Shown in pieces: positions 50,301 through 64,000 of a DNA stretch of 64,000 nt (within the stretch, counting starts at the first letter, position 1; every line of letters starts with the position of its first letter). Position numbers and translations under genes: made by a program. Below the pieces are notes generated by a model that saw only the letters and a list, made by a program, of their open reading frames with translations, was not told the origin of the DNA and ran no database searches. The DNA is from Trichoplax adhaerens. Its lineage: Eukaryota > Animalia > Placozoa. The stretch is from contig NW_002060969.1 of assembly GCF_000150275.1 (NCBI RefSeq), positions 186,001 through 250,000 of the forward strand. Direction: 5' to 3'.

Positions 50301-53300
50301 ATAATGTACCTCAGTTAGAAAAGGTGAATTTTACGGAGAAAGTTTTAGTGCTTAGATAAACTGAATTTGATAACCATTGACCAATTGCGCTAAATTTAAT
50401 TTCAGTTGGTAATGGATAAATTATTTTGGTCCGGAACTCCAATACTAGAATCCGTTGGCGAACATGAGCCATTCGTAACTAACTTAAAAGCTTCAGTTAG
50501 TTTCGGTATTAAACAAGCTTTAATACCGCTTCGAGCATATGCAAAAAGGTATAACAGTTACGTTGAACTCATGAATCTGGACGTAAATGAATACATCAGG
50601 CAAGGAATATAATACGAGTGTATTAAAATGGTCCTCGATGAATTATACAGTAACTAAAATGATTAAAAAATATATTAAAATTTAGTAAAATTTATTTTAT
50701 AAATTTTTAACAATACAGACAGTACAATAATTCTGATCATACCCCAGCTGAAGTTAAAAGAGAAGTTGAAAAACATTTGGAAGAGAAGATAAAGATCGGA
50801 GACAGTATCCCTTCGAATCTGATAATTGGGCCATTCTGGGTTAGTTGTGAACAAGTGAAGTCTAATTTAGCCAAAAAGCGGAAAGACCTCAGCAAAGCTG
50901 TTCTTGAATTACTAGCAAAGAAGCTAAAGAAACAATGTGACGAGGTTAGTTTAGAGTCTCTATATATAATACTAGCTATTTCTTAGATATAAATTAAAAT
51001 TATGGGTACTGATTTAAATATTCATCTTTGGTATGATCGCTAAATCTACTCTAACTGATTATTTTATCACTATTAGATATGTAACGAATTTAAGGCTGTT
51101 TCCCGTCGACTGTACGAAAAACCAAACTGCATCGAAGATTTATCGGAACTTAGAAGTTATATAAAGACCATTCCTGAGTTATTAACCAATTATCAGGTCA
51201 GTTGTAGCTTTAATGTCAAAGCTATTTCAAATATTAATGATATTTTCTCTTATGGGTGCGCCAATCCTTATAACAGGATAAGATAAATAAGGCAATGACG
51301 GATTATGAACTTATTGAAGACTTCAATTATAACATATCCATGGATGATTTTAATGTTAGGTATGAATACTTTGAGTGTATTAATGGTTTACTATCGACGA
51401 TTTTCTCTATTCATACAGAATTTGTGCAATGATTTTCAGTTGCGTCTTCATTTTATACTTCTTGTTACGCATCTATGTTATTATTTGACACGATAGTTAT
51501 TCTGAGAGTAGCCGGTAAAAAATTGATCTTATCATTCATCAACCTGTGTTATACTTCCATTAATAACACAACATGCCATCATGATACGCGAATTTCACTA
51601 GCTAAATCTAGGGCTATGATGTAAGCGATGCTATCTCACATAATAAAATCTTATACAACCATATTAAGAGTTACAGATGATTACGTATTAGTAATAAATA
51701 TTGTATACTCATCTAATTTACCTTATAATTATATTTAATTATGTTTACAATACTGTACATATCACTTCTCCTACTCTTACACATGCAACGACAGCCAGTA
51801 TTTCAAAATTCTCAGAGTTATCATGCTATCTATTACATGATATTATCTATCCTTTTTAATACTATAAAGTCTTCTTACGATGTTCATTGTAATGAAATTA
51901 TCAGTCCGTTCGGTTAAGCTCTGGAATTTTTCTTTTAATTTCGTTTACCGAGCTAAGTGCATTATCATACATGCGACAATAAGACACCATGAAGAAACTG
52001 TAATGACTGAACAAGATCTGATATGAATATATAACTTATGCCAATCATAGTGCACGTGAATATCTATAACATGTGATCTTAATACAATAGATAATATTAA
52101 TGTAGATAAGCCAGATGGAATGTATCATTTCTATTTCTATAAGATATAATACAATAGAACAAGCTATAATATTTCTATATGGGCGATACTACAATATTTA
52201 TATCTAAATGCTATTACACGGTTGCATACCATGTAATATACTAATGTATAGAGTGTAATAACACTAACTGTCGCATTCTGAATTAATATTTTTACTATTT
52301 TTTACTGTAGATGGACTGCTGTTGGGTGGCCATATAAAATTGAACAGCAAATGAAACAAACTGATGAATCATTAGAAAAAGATGAGGAAAGATTTCGTAA
52401 GGTTCAAGTTACCGATCAAAGCAACTTTGAAGATCGACTAGATACATTACAGGTACACATATTAAAGAGGTAGTTGCAAAACTTCGTTCTATTCTCTTAT
52501 CAACATTAATTTCGTCTTCCAAGTGCATCTGCTAAGTAGCAAAATAGGCGTATTTATCCATAGCTAATGAAGGAAACTTAAAAGCAAAGATTTGATAGTC
52601 TTTGCAAAATATCTACAGTGATAGACCAGATTAATTGTGTGTAATCTACAGTCTCGATTTTCCATTCCTACTCAGATGGTTGTAGCAGGATTCTCAGCCC
52701 ATACAGATGTCAAAAAAGCTCACGAAGTTGCCAACGAGGTGCGACGTGTCGTTAAACAATTGAAGGAATGCCAAACTCTTGCTGCGTTATACAATAATCG
52801 TGAACGCCTTTTCGACATGCCTGTGACATCGGTAATATGTCAATATTGTTCGTCACTGCAGTAATATTATAATATAAATATAAGAATGCTCATATACAAT
52901 GTGCTGTATGTTAGTATACTTTGCTGATACAAAGATTTATAGAATAATGGTTTATTTAGTAATTGCCGAAAATTGATTCAATTTGTTGTCACTATTTCTA
53001 AGATGAAATTATTTATTTCTTACAGTATGATAAACTGGCCAAACTTTTAAAGGATTTCGAACCTTTTAAGAATTTATGGTTGACTGTTTCCGATTGGATT
53101 AAATGGCATGAGAGCTGGATGGAAGATCCTTTGACTTCAATCGATCCTGAACTGCTGGAAAATAATGTCTCTAACTCATTTAAAACACTGCATAAGTGTT
53201 ATAAGGCCTTTAAAGGTTCTGAAACATGAACTTGTCTATACAATTTTTAAATAAAAATGGCATAGGTCTTCAACATCTTATATTAAATTAACAAACAAAC

Positions 53301-56300
53301 CATAACTTCTACAAGTTACGAGTATCTTTTTATACTGTCTATTCGGAATTTATTAGAAATGTTGACTCAAATATCATATTCTACATTAGATATTCCAATG
53401 GTACAACAAATTGCAAAAGACATCAGAGAGCGAATAGATGAATTTAAGCCTTATATACCACTTATACACGGTCTCCGTAATCCGGGCATGAGAAGCAGAC
53501 ATTACGAGCAGGTTTGTCTTCTGCTAACTGTATCTCATCTATTCTCAAGACAGTAATATTTAATACGAGCATATCGAGTACCACTTCATATGTACTAAAG
53601 ACACGTACGGCTAGTATTACTATGCATTACTGACCAAACAGGCCTAAAAAATAGGGCGATAATAACTTATGATTTCCATAACGACTTTTTGCACAGCTGT
53701 CTTTGGAACTTGGGTTTACGGTAGTACCGAAGGCAACTCTTACATTCTCTAAATGCTTGGAAATGAAACTACAAGATCATATAGCTACCATAGCAAAAAT
53801 TGCTGAAGTTGCTGGAAAGGAGTATTCAATAGAACAGGTAAGACTTTAGTAACGCTTGAAATTAGTAAAATGTTAAAAGACATTTAACTGTAATTATCAT
53901 ACTGTTAAGGTGACAGGATTTAAGTTGTTTATTCGGTCAAAATAATAGTTTTTTTATTTTTAACAATTTTAGGCCTTGGATAAAATGGAAAATGACTGGA
54001 ATCCCGTTAATTTGGAGGTTATATTGTATAAGCAAACTGGAAGCTATATAATGAAAACAACAGATGAAACTTCTCAATTGCTAGATGATCATATCGTAAT
54101 GACGCAAAGTATGTCATTTTCGCCATATAAAAGACCATTTGAAGATAGGATAAACATATGGGAGGGTAAACTTCGTATGACGCAAGGTAAGTGCCGAAGG
54201 AACAAAGCAAGGAGCGTTGGTTATTAAATTATGTGTTTCTTAAATCAAAGTTTCTTGTAATAATTATTTTATTATACCGAACTAGACGTCATGGACGAAT
54301 GGTTATCTTGCCAACGAGCATGGCTGTATCTAGAACCAATTTTCGGCTCTGAGGACATCAATAGACAATTGCCTGTTGAAAGTAAAAGATTTCAAACAAT
54401 GGATCGAATATGGAGAAAGATCATGAAGAATGCAAAGGAAAATCCGCAAGTATGAGTACTATACTGTAACTGATCACATAAATAATTATAGGATGTTTTA
54501 GACAAAGTTTATTTAGAAAGAATTAAGTCATTTACTTGTCTGCTAGTGATTTCATAGCTAAAAATAAGAAATGTACATTTGCTTACATCATACGATATAT
54601 TTTAGTTTGCTTTAGATTAAACATTTATTACCGTAATAACAATTTCGTACAAACTGGTTGGGTTATTATTATTGCGTATGGGCACTTAACCGGTTACAAA
54701 TACGCAATTATCATTTACATTTAAATGCGGCATTTACATATGTAAGGTAATCCACCTTGAGCAGTTTCATATTTTAGTAGCACGCTACCTCACTTTAGTA
54801 TGTCACATTACAATCAACAATAAAACACAACAGTAACTAAGTTCTGTCATTGTATAATAGATACTATATGCGTAGATATAACTTAATATTGATCCCATGC
54901 GTAGGTGATCTCCCTATGTCCAGATGGTAGAATGCTAGAAAATTTGAAAGAATGTAATCGACTTTTGGATCAAGTTCAGAAAGGGTTAAGCGATTACTTA
55001 GAAACAAAAAGAACTGCTTTTCCCAGATTTTATTTTTTGTCTGATGACGAGCTACTGGAGATTTTATCTCAAACTAAGGATCCTACAGCTGTTCAACCCC
55101 ATCTAAAGAAGTGTTTCGAAAATATTGCTAAGGTATCATATTTTTACACTATTTCGATTGTTTTGTGGGTCGAAGTTGTAAAAAGAAACGAATTAATTCT
55201 CTATTTGCAAAGCTAAATTTCGAAAACGATCTGAAGATCAATGCAATGCTATCATCTGAAGGTGAAAAAGTACCTTTTTCGGAGGAGGTATATCCAATTG
55301 GTAACGTAGAAGATTGGCTTTTAGAGGTTGAACGAGTCATGAAATGCAGTATCAAAGAAGTTCTACGGCAAGCTTTGATGATGTACGCAAAGGTAGGTCA
55401 ATGATTTTAATGTTTATAATAGCATTAGCTAAATAGCTTTAACTAGGAAAGAAATTTCTGAGATACTGATTGCAAATCCATAGGAGGATCGAAAAGACTG
55501 GGTTCTCCAATGGCCTGGTCAAATCGTTATCGCCGGATGTCAAACTTATTGGACTAAATTAGTTACTGATGCTATTAACAACAGTCAATTAAATAGCCTA
55601 TATCAGTCGCTACTAGATCAGGTAATCAACTTAGTCCCCTGTAAGACAATTATTAGCATGTAATACATCTAATACGATTATCTGATATTAAAATTACAGT
55701 TAGATGATTTGGTAAAACTCGTTCGTGGACATTTAACGAAATTGCAACGATTGATACTGTCAGCTGTGATTGTTATCGAGGTATGCTTATTTTGCAGTAC
55801 CCATCCTATACTGTACACTGTACAGTATAATTATGGGTTAGTTGCTACAAAAAAATATTTCAGCAGAGAAGGTTGAGAGTAATCAAAAACGCTAGTTCTC
55901 TGGGTGTCATAAATTTTAGTTAGCATAATTTGATGACGCATTTCTCCGTGTATGTTTACCCGCTTTAAATATATTAACCCCGTAGGTTCACGGAAGAGAT
56001 GTAGTTTTCAAAATGAAGGAAGAAGGTATAGCTAATGCAAATGAGTTCGAATGGATCAGACAGCTACGCTATTACTGGGAAGATGGACTTTTTATTAGGG
56101 TAGTAAATGCTGAATTTCCGTATGGATCCGAATATCTTGGAAACACTGGTAGATTAGTAATTACGCCTTTAACGGACAGGTGTTACTTGACTTTAACCGG
56201 TGCTCTTCATCTAAAATTTGGGGGAGCGCCAGCTGGCCCGGCTGGAACTGGAAAAACAGAAACTACTAAAGATTTAGCTAAAGCTATGGCCGTACAGTGT

Positions 56301-59300
56301 GTAGTCTTTAACTGTTCCGATCAATTAGATTATATGGCAATGGGAAAATTTTTTAAAGGTTTAGCTAGTGCTGGAGCATGGGCTTGTTTTGATGAATTTA
56401 ATCGGATTGATATTGAAGTATTATCGGTTGTGGCTCAACAAATTGCTACCATTCAAAAAGCCCAACAACAGAAAGTAGATCGGTTTATTTTCGAAGGTGT
56501 TGAAATTGCGTTAAGGTCATCATGTGCCGTATTTGTAACAATGAATCCTGGTTATGCAGGGAGAACTGAATTACCGGATAACCTGAAGGCTCTTTTTCGC
56601 CCTGTTGCGATGATGGTGCCTGATTATGCGATGATTGCAGAAATTATGTTATTTTCATACGGATTCTCGGAAGCTAAGACTCTATCAAGAAAAATTACAA
56701 CCACATTTAAACTATCATCGGAACAATTAAGTTCTCAAGATCATTATGATTTTGGAATGAGAGCAGTCAAGACCGTCATTTCAGCAGCTGGCAATCTTAA
56801 ACGGGAAAATCAAGTTTTAAATGAGGAGTCAATTGTATTGAGGGCTATTAGAGACGTAAATGTTCCGAAATTTTTGATGGATGACTTGAAACTCTTTAAT
56901 GGAATTATATCGGATCTCTTTCCAAGATTGAGAGAGGAGCCAGCAGATTATGGAGAATTAGAACAGTCAATACGAAAAAGTTGCAAGAAATCCGGATTAT
57001 TAGATATTGATGGATTTGTAACGAAATGTATTCAGTTGTACGAGACTACAGTGGTAAGGCACGGATTGATGCTAGTAGGACCAACTGGATCAGGAAAAAC
57101 TAAGTGCTACGAAGTATTAAAAAGAGCGTTAAGTGTTTTAAGGGGCAAAGAAGCTAGTAACGGATTAAATTATGAACAAGTATTCACGTATGTTTTAAAT
57201 CCAAAATCAATTACAATGGGACAATTATACGGCGAATTTGATCAATTAACACATGAATGGACTGATGGAATTTTATCTGCATTAATCCGACAAGGAGTTA
57301 CAAACAATACAACTGATAAAAAGTGGTACGTTTTCGACGGCCCTGTTGATGCCATTTGGATTGAGAATATGAATACCGTACTTGATGATAACAAAAAGTT
57401 ATGTTTAAGTAGTGGGGAAATTATTAAATTAACAGAAGAGCAAACTATGATGTTTGAAGTATCAAACCTTTCGGAAGCTTCGCCCGCCACTGTTAGTAGA
57501 TGTGGAATGGTGTATCTTGAGCCGAGCATTTTAGGATTAGAAGCTTTCGTTATATGCTGGCTACGAAAATTGCCTACACCTGCAAAGCATTGTCAAGATA
57601 AACTTAAATATCTATTCGATACTTATTTGCAAGATTCTATTTTTTTTATGAGGCAAAATTTAAAGGAATTTGTAACTACAGTTGATAGCAACTTAGTAAC
57701 CAGCCTATGTAATATTCTCGACTCCTTCTTCTCTCCATTTATTCCGAAAGAAGTTCGTATCTGTATAAGCAGGATGTAGTAAATGCATCCAATATATATA
57801 ATCCGGATGCATATTAGGATCGGTGAGACTAATTTAAATTATTTTTATTCTAAAATAGGGATACCCAAATGATAATGATGGAATACCGGAAATGGATGAC
57901 CTAATTGAAATGTGGTTTATATTTGCACTTGTTTGGAGTATTGGAGCAACATGCGATATGGATGGGAGAATAAAATTTGATAGCTATCTAAGAAATAAAT
58001 TAAAACTGACTCCGATTGCACTAAGTCTTCCTGAGATGGGAACTGTGTTTGATTATAAATTAGACTATTGTATTTCAAGCCCATATGATGACGATGATGA
58101 TAAGAAAATTAACAAAAAGTCGGTTTCATGGGTAAGATGGATCGATAGTGTTGAAGAATTTGCTATTCCGATAGATTCTCGTTTTGCTGATGTTATTGTT
58201 CCTACGACTGATACTATTCGAGGTTCATATCTACTGAATTTGTTATTGACTAACAAAAAGCGAGTGTTATGTATTGGACCAACTGGCACCGGTAAAACGT
58301 TAACCGTTAGCGATAAATTACTACGGAACATGCCGGAAGATTATCTATCACATTTTATTATATTTTCTGCTCGTACAAATGCTAATCATACACAGGATGT
58401 CATAGATGGAAAGCTCGACAAGAGACGCAAAGGTGTCTATGGACCACCGATAGGAAAAAGTTGCATTTTTTTTATTGATGATTTAAATATGCCTTCCTTA
58501 GAAGTTTATGGAGCTCAGCCACCTATCGAATTGATACGCCAGTGGTGTGATCATAAAGGATGGTACGATCGTAAAGCAATCGGGCAATTTCGTGAATTGG
58601 TCGATTTAAATTTTGTATGTGCTATGGGTCCTCCAGGAGGAGGTAGAAATCAGATAACTTCTCGCCTAACTAGACATTTCAATTACTTAACTTTCACTGA
58701 ATTAGAAGATAAAAGTAAGTTCAGAATTTTTTCTACTATATTAACAAACTGGATGAGCCAATTCCCGGATGCGAGTACGTTGTGTCAACAACTTGTCAAC
58801 GCTACAATTGACATCTATAATACAATTACTTCTCAATTATTACCAACTCCTGCTAAAAGCCATTATACCTTTAACTTAAGAGATTTATCAAAAGTATTTC
58901 AGGGTATGTTAATGGCGGATTCATCCAAACTAGCAGATAAAAGCGCACTACTAAGGTTATGGTTTCACGAAAATTGTCGTGTATTCCAAGATCGACTTAT
59001 TGATATAGACGATTGCGTTTGGTTTCAAGGGGTTATAAACTCAAAATTAGAAAGTTTTCAATTGTCCTTGGCTGGTATTAAGACCACAGAACTTCTATTC
59101 TACGGCGATTTCATGCAACAAGCATCTGATGTTAGGAATTACGAAGAAATTGTCAACCAAAATACCATGATTACCACATTAAATGATTATCTTGACGATT
59201 ACAATCAAATATCTACTAATAAGATAAAATTAGTTCTTTTTATGGATGCTGTGCAGCATATAGTGAGGATTAGTAGAGTTATCCGACAACCATTCGGGAA

Positions 59301-62300
59301 CGCTCTTTTACTAGGAATGGGCGGTAGTGGACGTCAATCGCTAACGAAATTAGCAGCTCACATGTCCGAATATGATTGCTTCCAGATTGAGTTGTCTAAG
59401 AATTATGGGATGTCTGAATGGCGAGAAGACATTAAAGGTATCATGCAAAAGGCCGGCCTCGAAAACAAATCTATAGTTTTTTTATTCACTGACACTCAGA
59501 TCAAGAATGAAACATTTTTAGAGGACATTAATAATATTCTTAATTCAGGTGATGTCCCAAATTTGTTTAACTCTGATGAACTTGACACAATCTATACTTC
59601 TATGAAACCTGTAGTTCTAGACGAAAGAGGACAGCCGACTAAAGCGAACCTGTATTCTGCTTTTGTAAAGAGAGTCCGCAATAATATACATTGCGTAATC
59701 TGTATGAGCCCTATAGGAGAAATTTTTCGCCAGAGGTTACGTCAATTTCCGTCGCTAGTCAATTGCTGTACAATTGATTGGTTCTCTAAATGGCCAAGCG
59801 AAGCTTTACGATCTGTGGCGCAACACTTTTTAAAAGAATTAGCAAATTTTGACGTTACAACAACTGTTTTCGATGCTTTAGTCAGTATATGTGTTAATAT
59901 GCATGAATCAGTTTGTGAGAGGAGTGAACTATATCTGACTGAATTATCTCGTTACTATTATGTTACACCATCTAACTATCTGCAACTCCTTGGAACATTC
60001 GCCAGGATATTTACTCTTAAGAAAGAGGAGTTGATCAAAAAAAGGGATAGAACTAAGACAGGATTAGATAAGCTATTAGCTACTGCTGAAGAAGTTGAAA
60101 AGCTACAAGAAGAATTAGAAACAATGCGACCACTTTTAGAAAGGGCAGCCATAGAAACCTCTGAAACCATGCAGCAAATTAAGAAAGATACGTCAGTAGC
60201 GGAAGAAACTAAAGTCGTCGTTCAGAAAGAAGAGAAACAAGCAGCTATACAAGCTCAAAAAACACAAGAAATTGCTGATGAAGCGCAGAGAGAACTAAAT
60301 GAAGCATTGCCTGCTTTGGAAGCTGCTCTATCAAGCTTGAAATCGTTAAATCGAAATGACGTCGTTGAAGTCCGTACCATGCACAAACCACCAGCAGGCG
60401 TGCGCATGGTTATTGAAACCGTTAGCATTATGAAGGGTATCAAACCCAGAAAAGTTGCTGGAGACAAAGTTGGTATGAAGGTCGACGATTATTGGGAACC
60501 CGGTAAGGCTTTATTATCGGATCCCGGAAAATTCCTGGATAGCTTATTCAAATACGACAAAGACAATATACCAGATTCGATAATTAACAAAATTCAACCA
60601 TATATTGACAGCGAAGAATTTCAACCATCTGCTATCTCTAGGGTATCTAAAGCATGTACATCTATTTGTCAATGGGTTCGTGCAATGTATAAATATCATT
60701 TTGTGGCCAAAAATGTTGCTCCGAAAAGGGAAAGATTGCAAGAAGCACAGGCAGACTTAGTGGAAACTCAACGAATCCTAGAAGAAGCTAAGAGTAGATT
60801 ACAAGGTGTTGAAGATGGAATTTCGTCTATGAAGGCCAAGTATGAGGAGTGTGTTGCTAGAAAGGAAGAATTAGAACTAAAATGTGATGAATGTACCGCT
60901 AGACTGGCAAGAGCTGAAACGTTGATCGAAGGTCTTAGTGATGAAAGGATCCGATGGCAACATACAATAGAAGAAATTGATAGATTAGTAATAAATATTG
61001 TAGGAGATGCTCTAATATCTGCTGCATACATAGCTTATATGGGTCCGTTTACTGGAGAATATAGGAATAAACTTTTAGATGAATGGAAAATACAACTTGA
61101 AGAGCTGCATGCTCCTCATTCATCTCACCCATCATTAGTTTCAACCCTCGGCGATCCAGTTAAAATTAGAAGTTGGCAAATTTCAGGCCTACCTCGTGAT
61201 GCATTGTCTGTTGAAAATGCTATGATATCACAGTACTCTCAAAGGTGGCCACTATTTATTGATCCACAAGGGCAAGCTAACAAATGGGTTAAAAATATGG
61301 AGAAAGATAAAGGTTTAGATGTTTTAAAATTGACGGATCGTGATTTCCTTAGGAGTTTAGAAAATGCAGTTAGATTTGGCAAACCTTGCTTGCTAGAAAA
61401 TGTTGGTGAAGACTTGGATCCTGCATTGGATCCACTTCTCCTTAAGCATACTTTCAAGCAGTCCGGCGGAACCGTAGTCAAGTTAGGAGATGCTATCATA
61501 CCCTATCACGATGAATTTAAGTTATACATAGCGACTAAACTGCCAAATCCACATTATGCACCTGAAGTTTCATCCAAAGTAACCCTGATCAACTTCACAT
61601 TATCTCCAAGCGGTTTGGAAGATCAACTCTTAGCTCTAGTTGTTGCGGAAGAAAGACCAGATCTGGAAGAGGCAAAAAATCAACTGATATTGAGTAATGC
61701 CAGAATGAGACAAGAGCTAAGAGAAATAGAAGATAAAATTTTAGCTAGACTATCTGCGTCGGAAGGTAATCCAGTTGACGATATCGATCTTATTAAGACA
61801 TTAGAGGCGAGTAAAGCGAAGTCTGAGGAGATAAAATCCCGTGTAGCAATAGCTGAAAGAACTGAAAAGGACATTGATGAAACACGAAATGAGTATATTC
61901 CAGTGGCTATAAGAACAAGAATCTTATTCTTTTGTGTTACAGATTTAGCAAAGCTAGACCCCATGTATCAGTACTCGCTTGAATGGTTTATCGGTATATT
62001 TTTAAGTGGAATCTCCAATGCAGATAGAGCTGACAAAGTTCGAATTAGGATTGAAAATATCAACGATTATTTTACCTATAGTTTATTTACTAACATTTGT
62101 CGTAGTTTATTCGAAAGGCACAAGCTATTATTTGCATTTTTGCTAAGTTCCCGAATCTTACAAGACGAAAATGCTATTGATATGGCTGAGTGGAGATTCT
62201 TACTTACAGGAGGGGCAGCTGTAACTCAAAATTTACCTAACCCAGCTTCACAATGGCTATCCGAACGTGGATGGACGGAAATTTTACATCTATCAGAATT

Positions 62301-64000
62301 GTCTACTTTTCGAGATTTTGCTAGAGACTTCACTATACATGTTGAAGAATTTAAAAGAATATTTGATAGTTCAGAACCCCATAAGCAAAGACTACCTGGT
62401 CGGTGGAACGAGGAAATTAATCCGTTCCAGAAAATGCTGGTTTTACGATGCATCAGAGCTGATAAACTTAGCAATGCCATGCAGGAATTTGTTTCTCTGC
62501 ATTTAGGCCAAAAGTTTATCGAACCTCAAACTACAGACTTGTCTATGGCATACAAAGATTCTTCTAACGTGGTTCCACTTATTTTTGTATTATCCCCGGG
62601 TACTGACCCAGCAGCGGATTTATACAAGTTTGCAGAAGAGATGAGATTCAGTAAAAAGCTTAGTGCGATTTCTCTAGGGCAAGGACAAGGACCGAGAGCT
62701 GAAGCCATGATGCGTTCGGCAACTGATCGAGGGAAATGGGTATTTTTTCAAAATTGCCATCTAGCTCCAAGCTGGATGCCGGTAATGGAAAGATTGATAG
62801 AGAGTATCGATCATGATAAAGTTCATCGTGATTTTCGTATGTGGTTGACTAGTATGCCGAGTCCTGAATTCCCAGTCTCCGTATTGCAAAATGGCTCAAA
62901 GATGACCGTTGAACCGCCTCGTGGCATGAAGGCAAATCTTCTGAAATCTTTTAGCGGTTTTAACGACGAGTTCATGAATTCATGCAGCAAAGGCTCTTTA
63001 TTTAAAAGTTTGCTATTTTCCTTGTGTTTATTTCACGGAGTTATTTTGGAACGTCGTAAATTTGGACCATTAGGATTAAACATTCCTTATGAATTTACTG
63101 ATGGAGATTTAAGAATTTGCATCAGTCAATTAAAAATGTTCTTGGAAGAATATTCTCAAGTGCCCTTTAAAGTCTTAAAGTATACGGCCGGCCATATAAA
63201 TTACGGAGGTCGAGTTACGGATGAATGGGATAGAAGATGCGTGATGAACATTTTAGATGATTATTACAACAGCAGTGTGCTATCAGAAGATCATAGTTAC
63301 TGCGATAACGGAACCTATAGGCAAATAAATCCGTCAGTTGATTACCAAGGCTATATGCATCACATCCGTTCGCTGCCAATTAATGACTCACCAGATATCT
63401 TCGGCTTACATGAAAATGCCAGCATAACTTTTGCGCAGAGTGAGACGTTCACCCTACTTAATAATATACTAAAATTGCAACCTCGATCTTCAAAAGGAAT
63501 CGATAGATCTAGAGAAGAAATTATGGAAGAAGCCGCTAGAGCGATTCTAGACTCTATACCTGGTGCAATATCGATTGAATTTGTGGTTTCTAAATATCCA
63601 GTGAAATATGAAGAATCTATGAATACGGTACTAATCCAAGAAGTGATCCGTTATAATAGATTATTACAGATTATAGTTAACACATTAGCGGATCTTTTGA
63701 AAGCGCTAAAAGGTCTAGTAGTTATGTCTTCTTCCCTTGAAACAATGGCAAGCAATATATATGATAATGCAGTACCGGAGACATGGAATTCTAGAGCATA
63801 TCCATCTCTGAAACCTTTAGCTTCTTGGGTTAGCGATTTGATAGCAAGGGTGCAATATATCCGAAATTGGGTTGATACGGGAATTCCGGCAGTATTTTGG
63901 ATTTCTGGATTTTTTTTCCCGCAGGCTTTTCTAACTGGGACTCTGCAAAATTTCGCAAGGCGAAAAGTTGTATCAATTGACACAATTTCCTTCGATTATA
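47331..64000 (+). CDS. DNAH1: Axonemal inner-arm dynein heavy chain 1; 3' end beyond the window; possible short upstream coding exon with ATG at 46714
   Basis: DNAH1-type N-terminus '[41 protein letters not shown]', linker '[29 protein letters not shown]', AAA1 [11 protein letters not shown]2 [11 protein letters not shown]3 GPTGTGKT (~58276), AAA4 GMGGSGRQS, stalk/MTBD, and C-terminal '[33 protein letters not shown]'. About 26 small exons (47331-55780), then exons 55986-57752 and 57859->64000. The last is probably absent from the ORF track because it has no stop codon inside the window. Confidence 0.95.

Noticed and set aside
57242-63983. Many minus-strand ORFs of 60-110 aa
   Set aside because: They are antisense shadows of the long DNAH1 exons.
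1-64000. tRNA, rRNA or snRNA genes and transposase or reverse-transcriptase ORFs
   Set aside because: None were recognised by eye; a tRNAscan-SE, Infernal and RepeatMasker run would be needed to exclude them.

Overview
AT-rich, gene-dense eukaryotic (animal) DNA with short GT-AG introns. The compactness, base composition and human-like intron positions suggest the placozoan Trichoplax, which is an inference I cannot confirm here. Eight spliced genes are recognisable: KNDC1/very-KIND-like RasGEF (-, runs off the left edge), TSG101 (+), GRWD1/Rrb1 (-), ABT1/Esf2 (+), Tubby/TULP (+), DEPDC7-like (-), ARHGAP1/8-like (+) and axonemal dynein DNAH1 (+, runs off the right edge). There is a 50-N gap at 44300-44349. 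The most striking non-genic signal is four dense, self-complementary (TACAG)n/(CTGTA)n arrays, each directly upstream of gene 5' ends (three of them in divergent promoters). A ~385-bp degenerate foldback/TIR-like element at 11177-11562 carries the same repeat inside its arms. The ciliary DNAH1 gene lacks such an array and instead has a near-perfect RFX X-box next to a Fox-type site. DNAH1 also shows sharp intron polarity: ~26 small exons in the tail/linker, then >7.9 kb of motor-domain CDS with a single intron. Exon boundaries were read by eye, and homologue comparisons are from memory of the human proteins, not from database searches.
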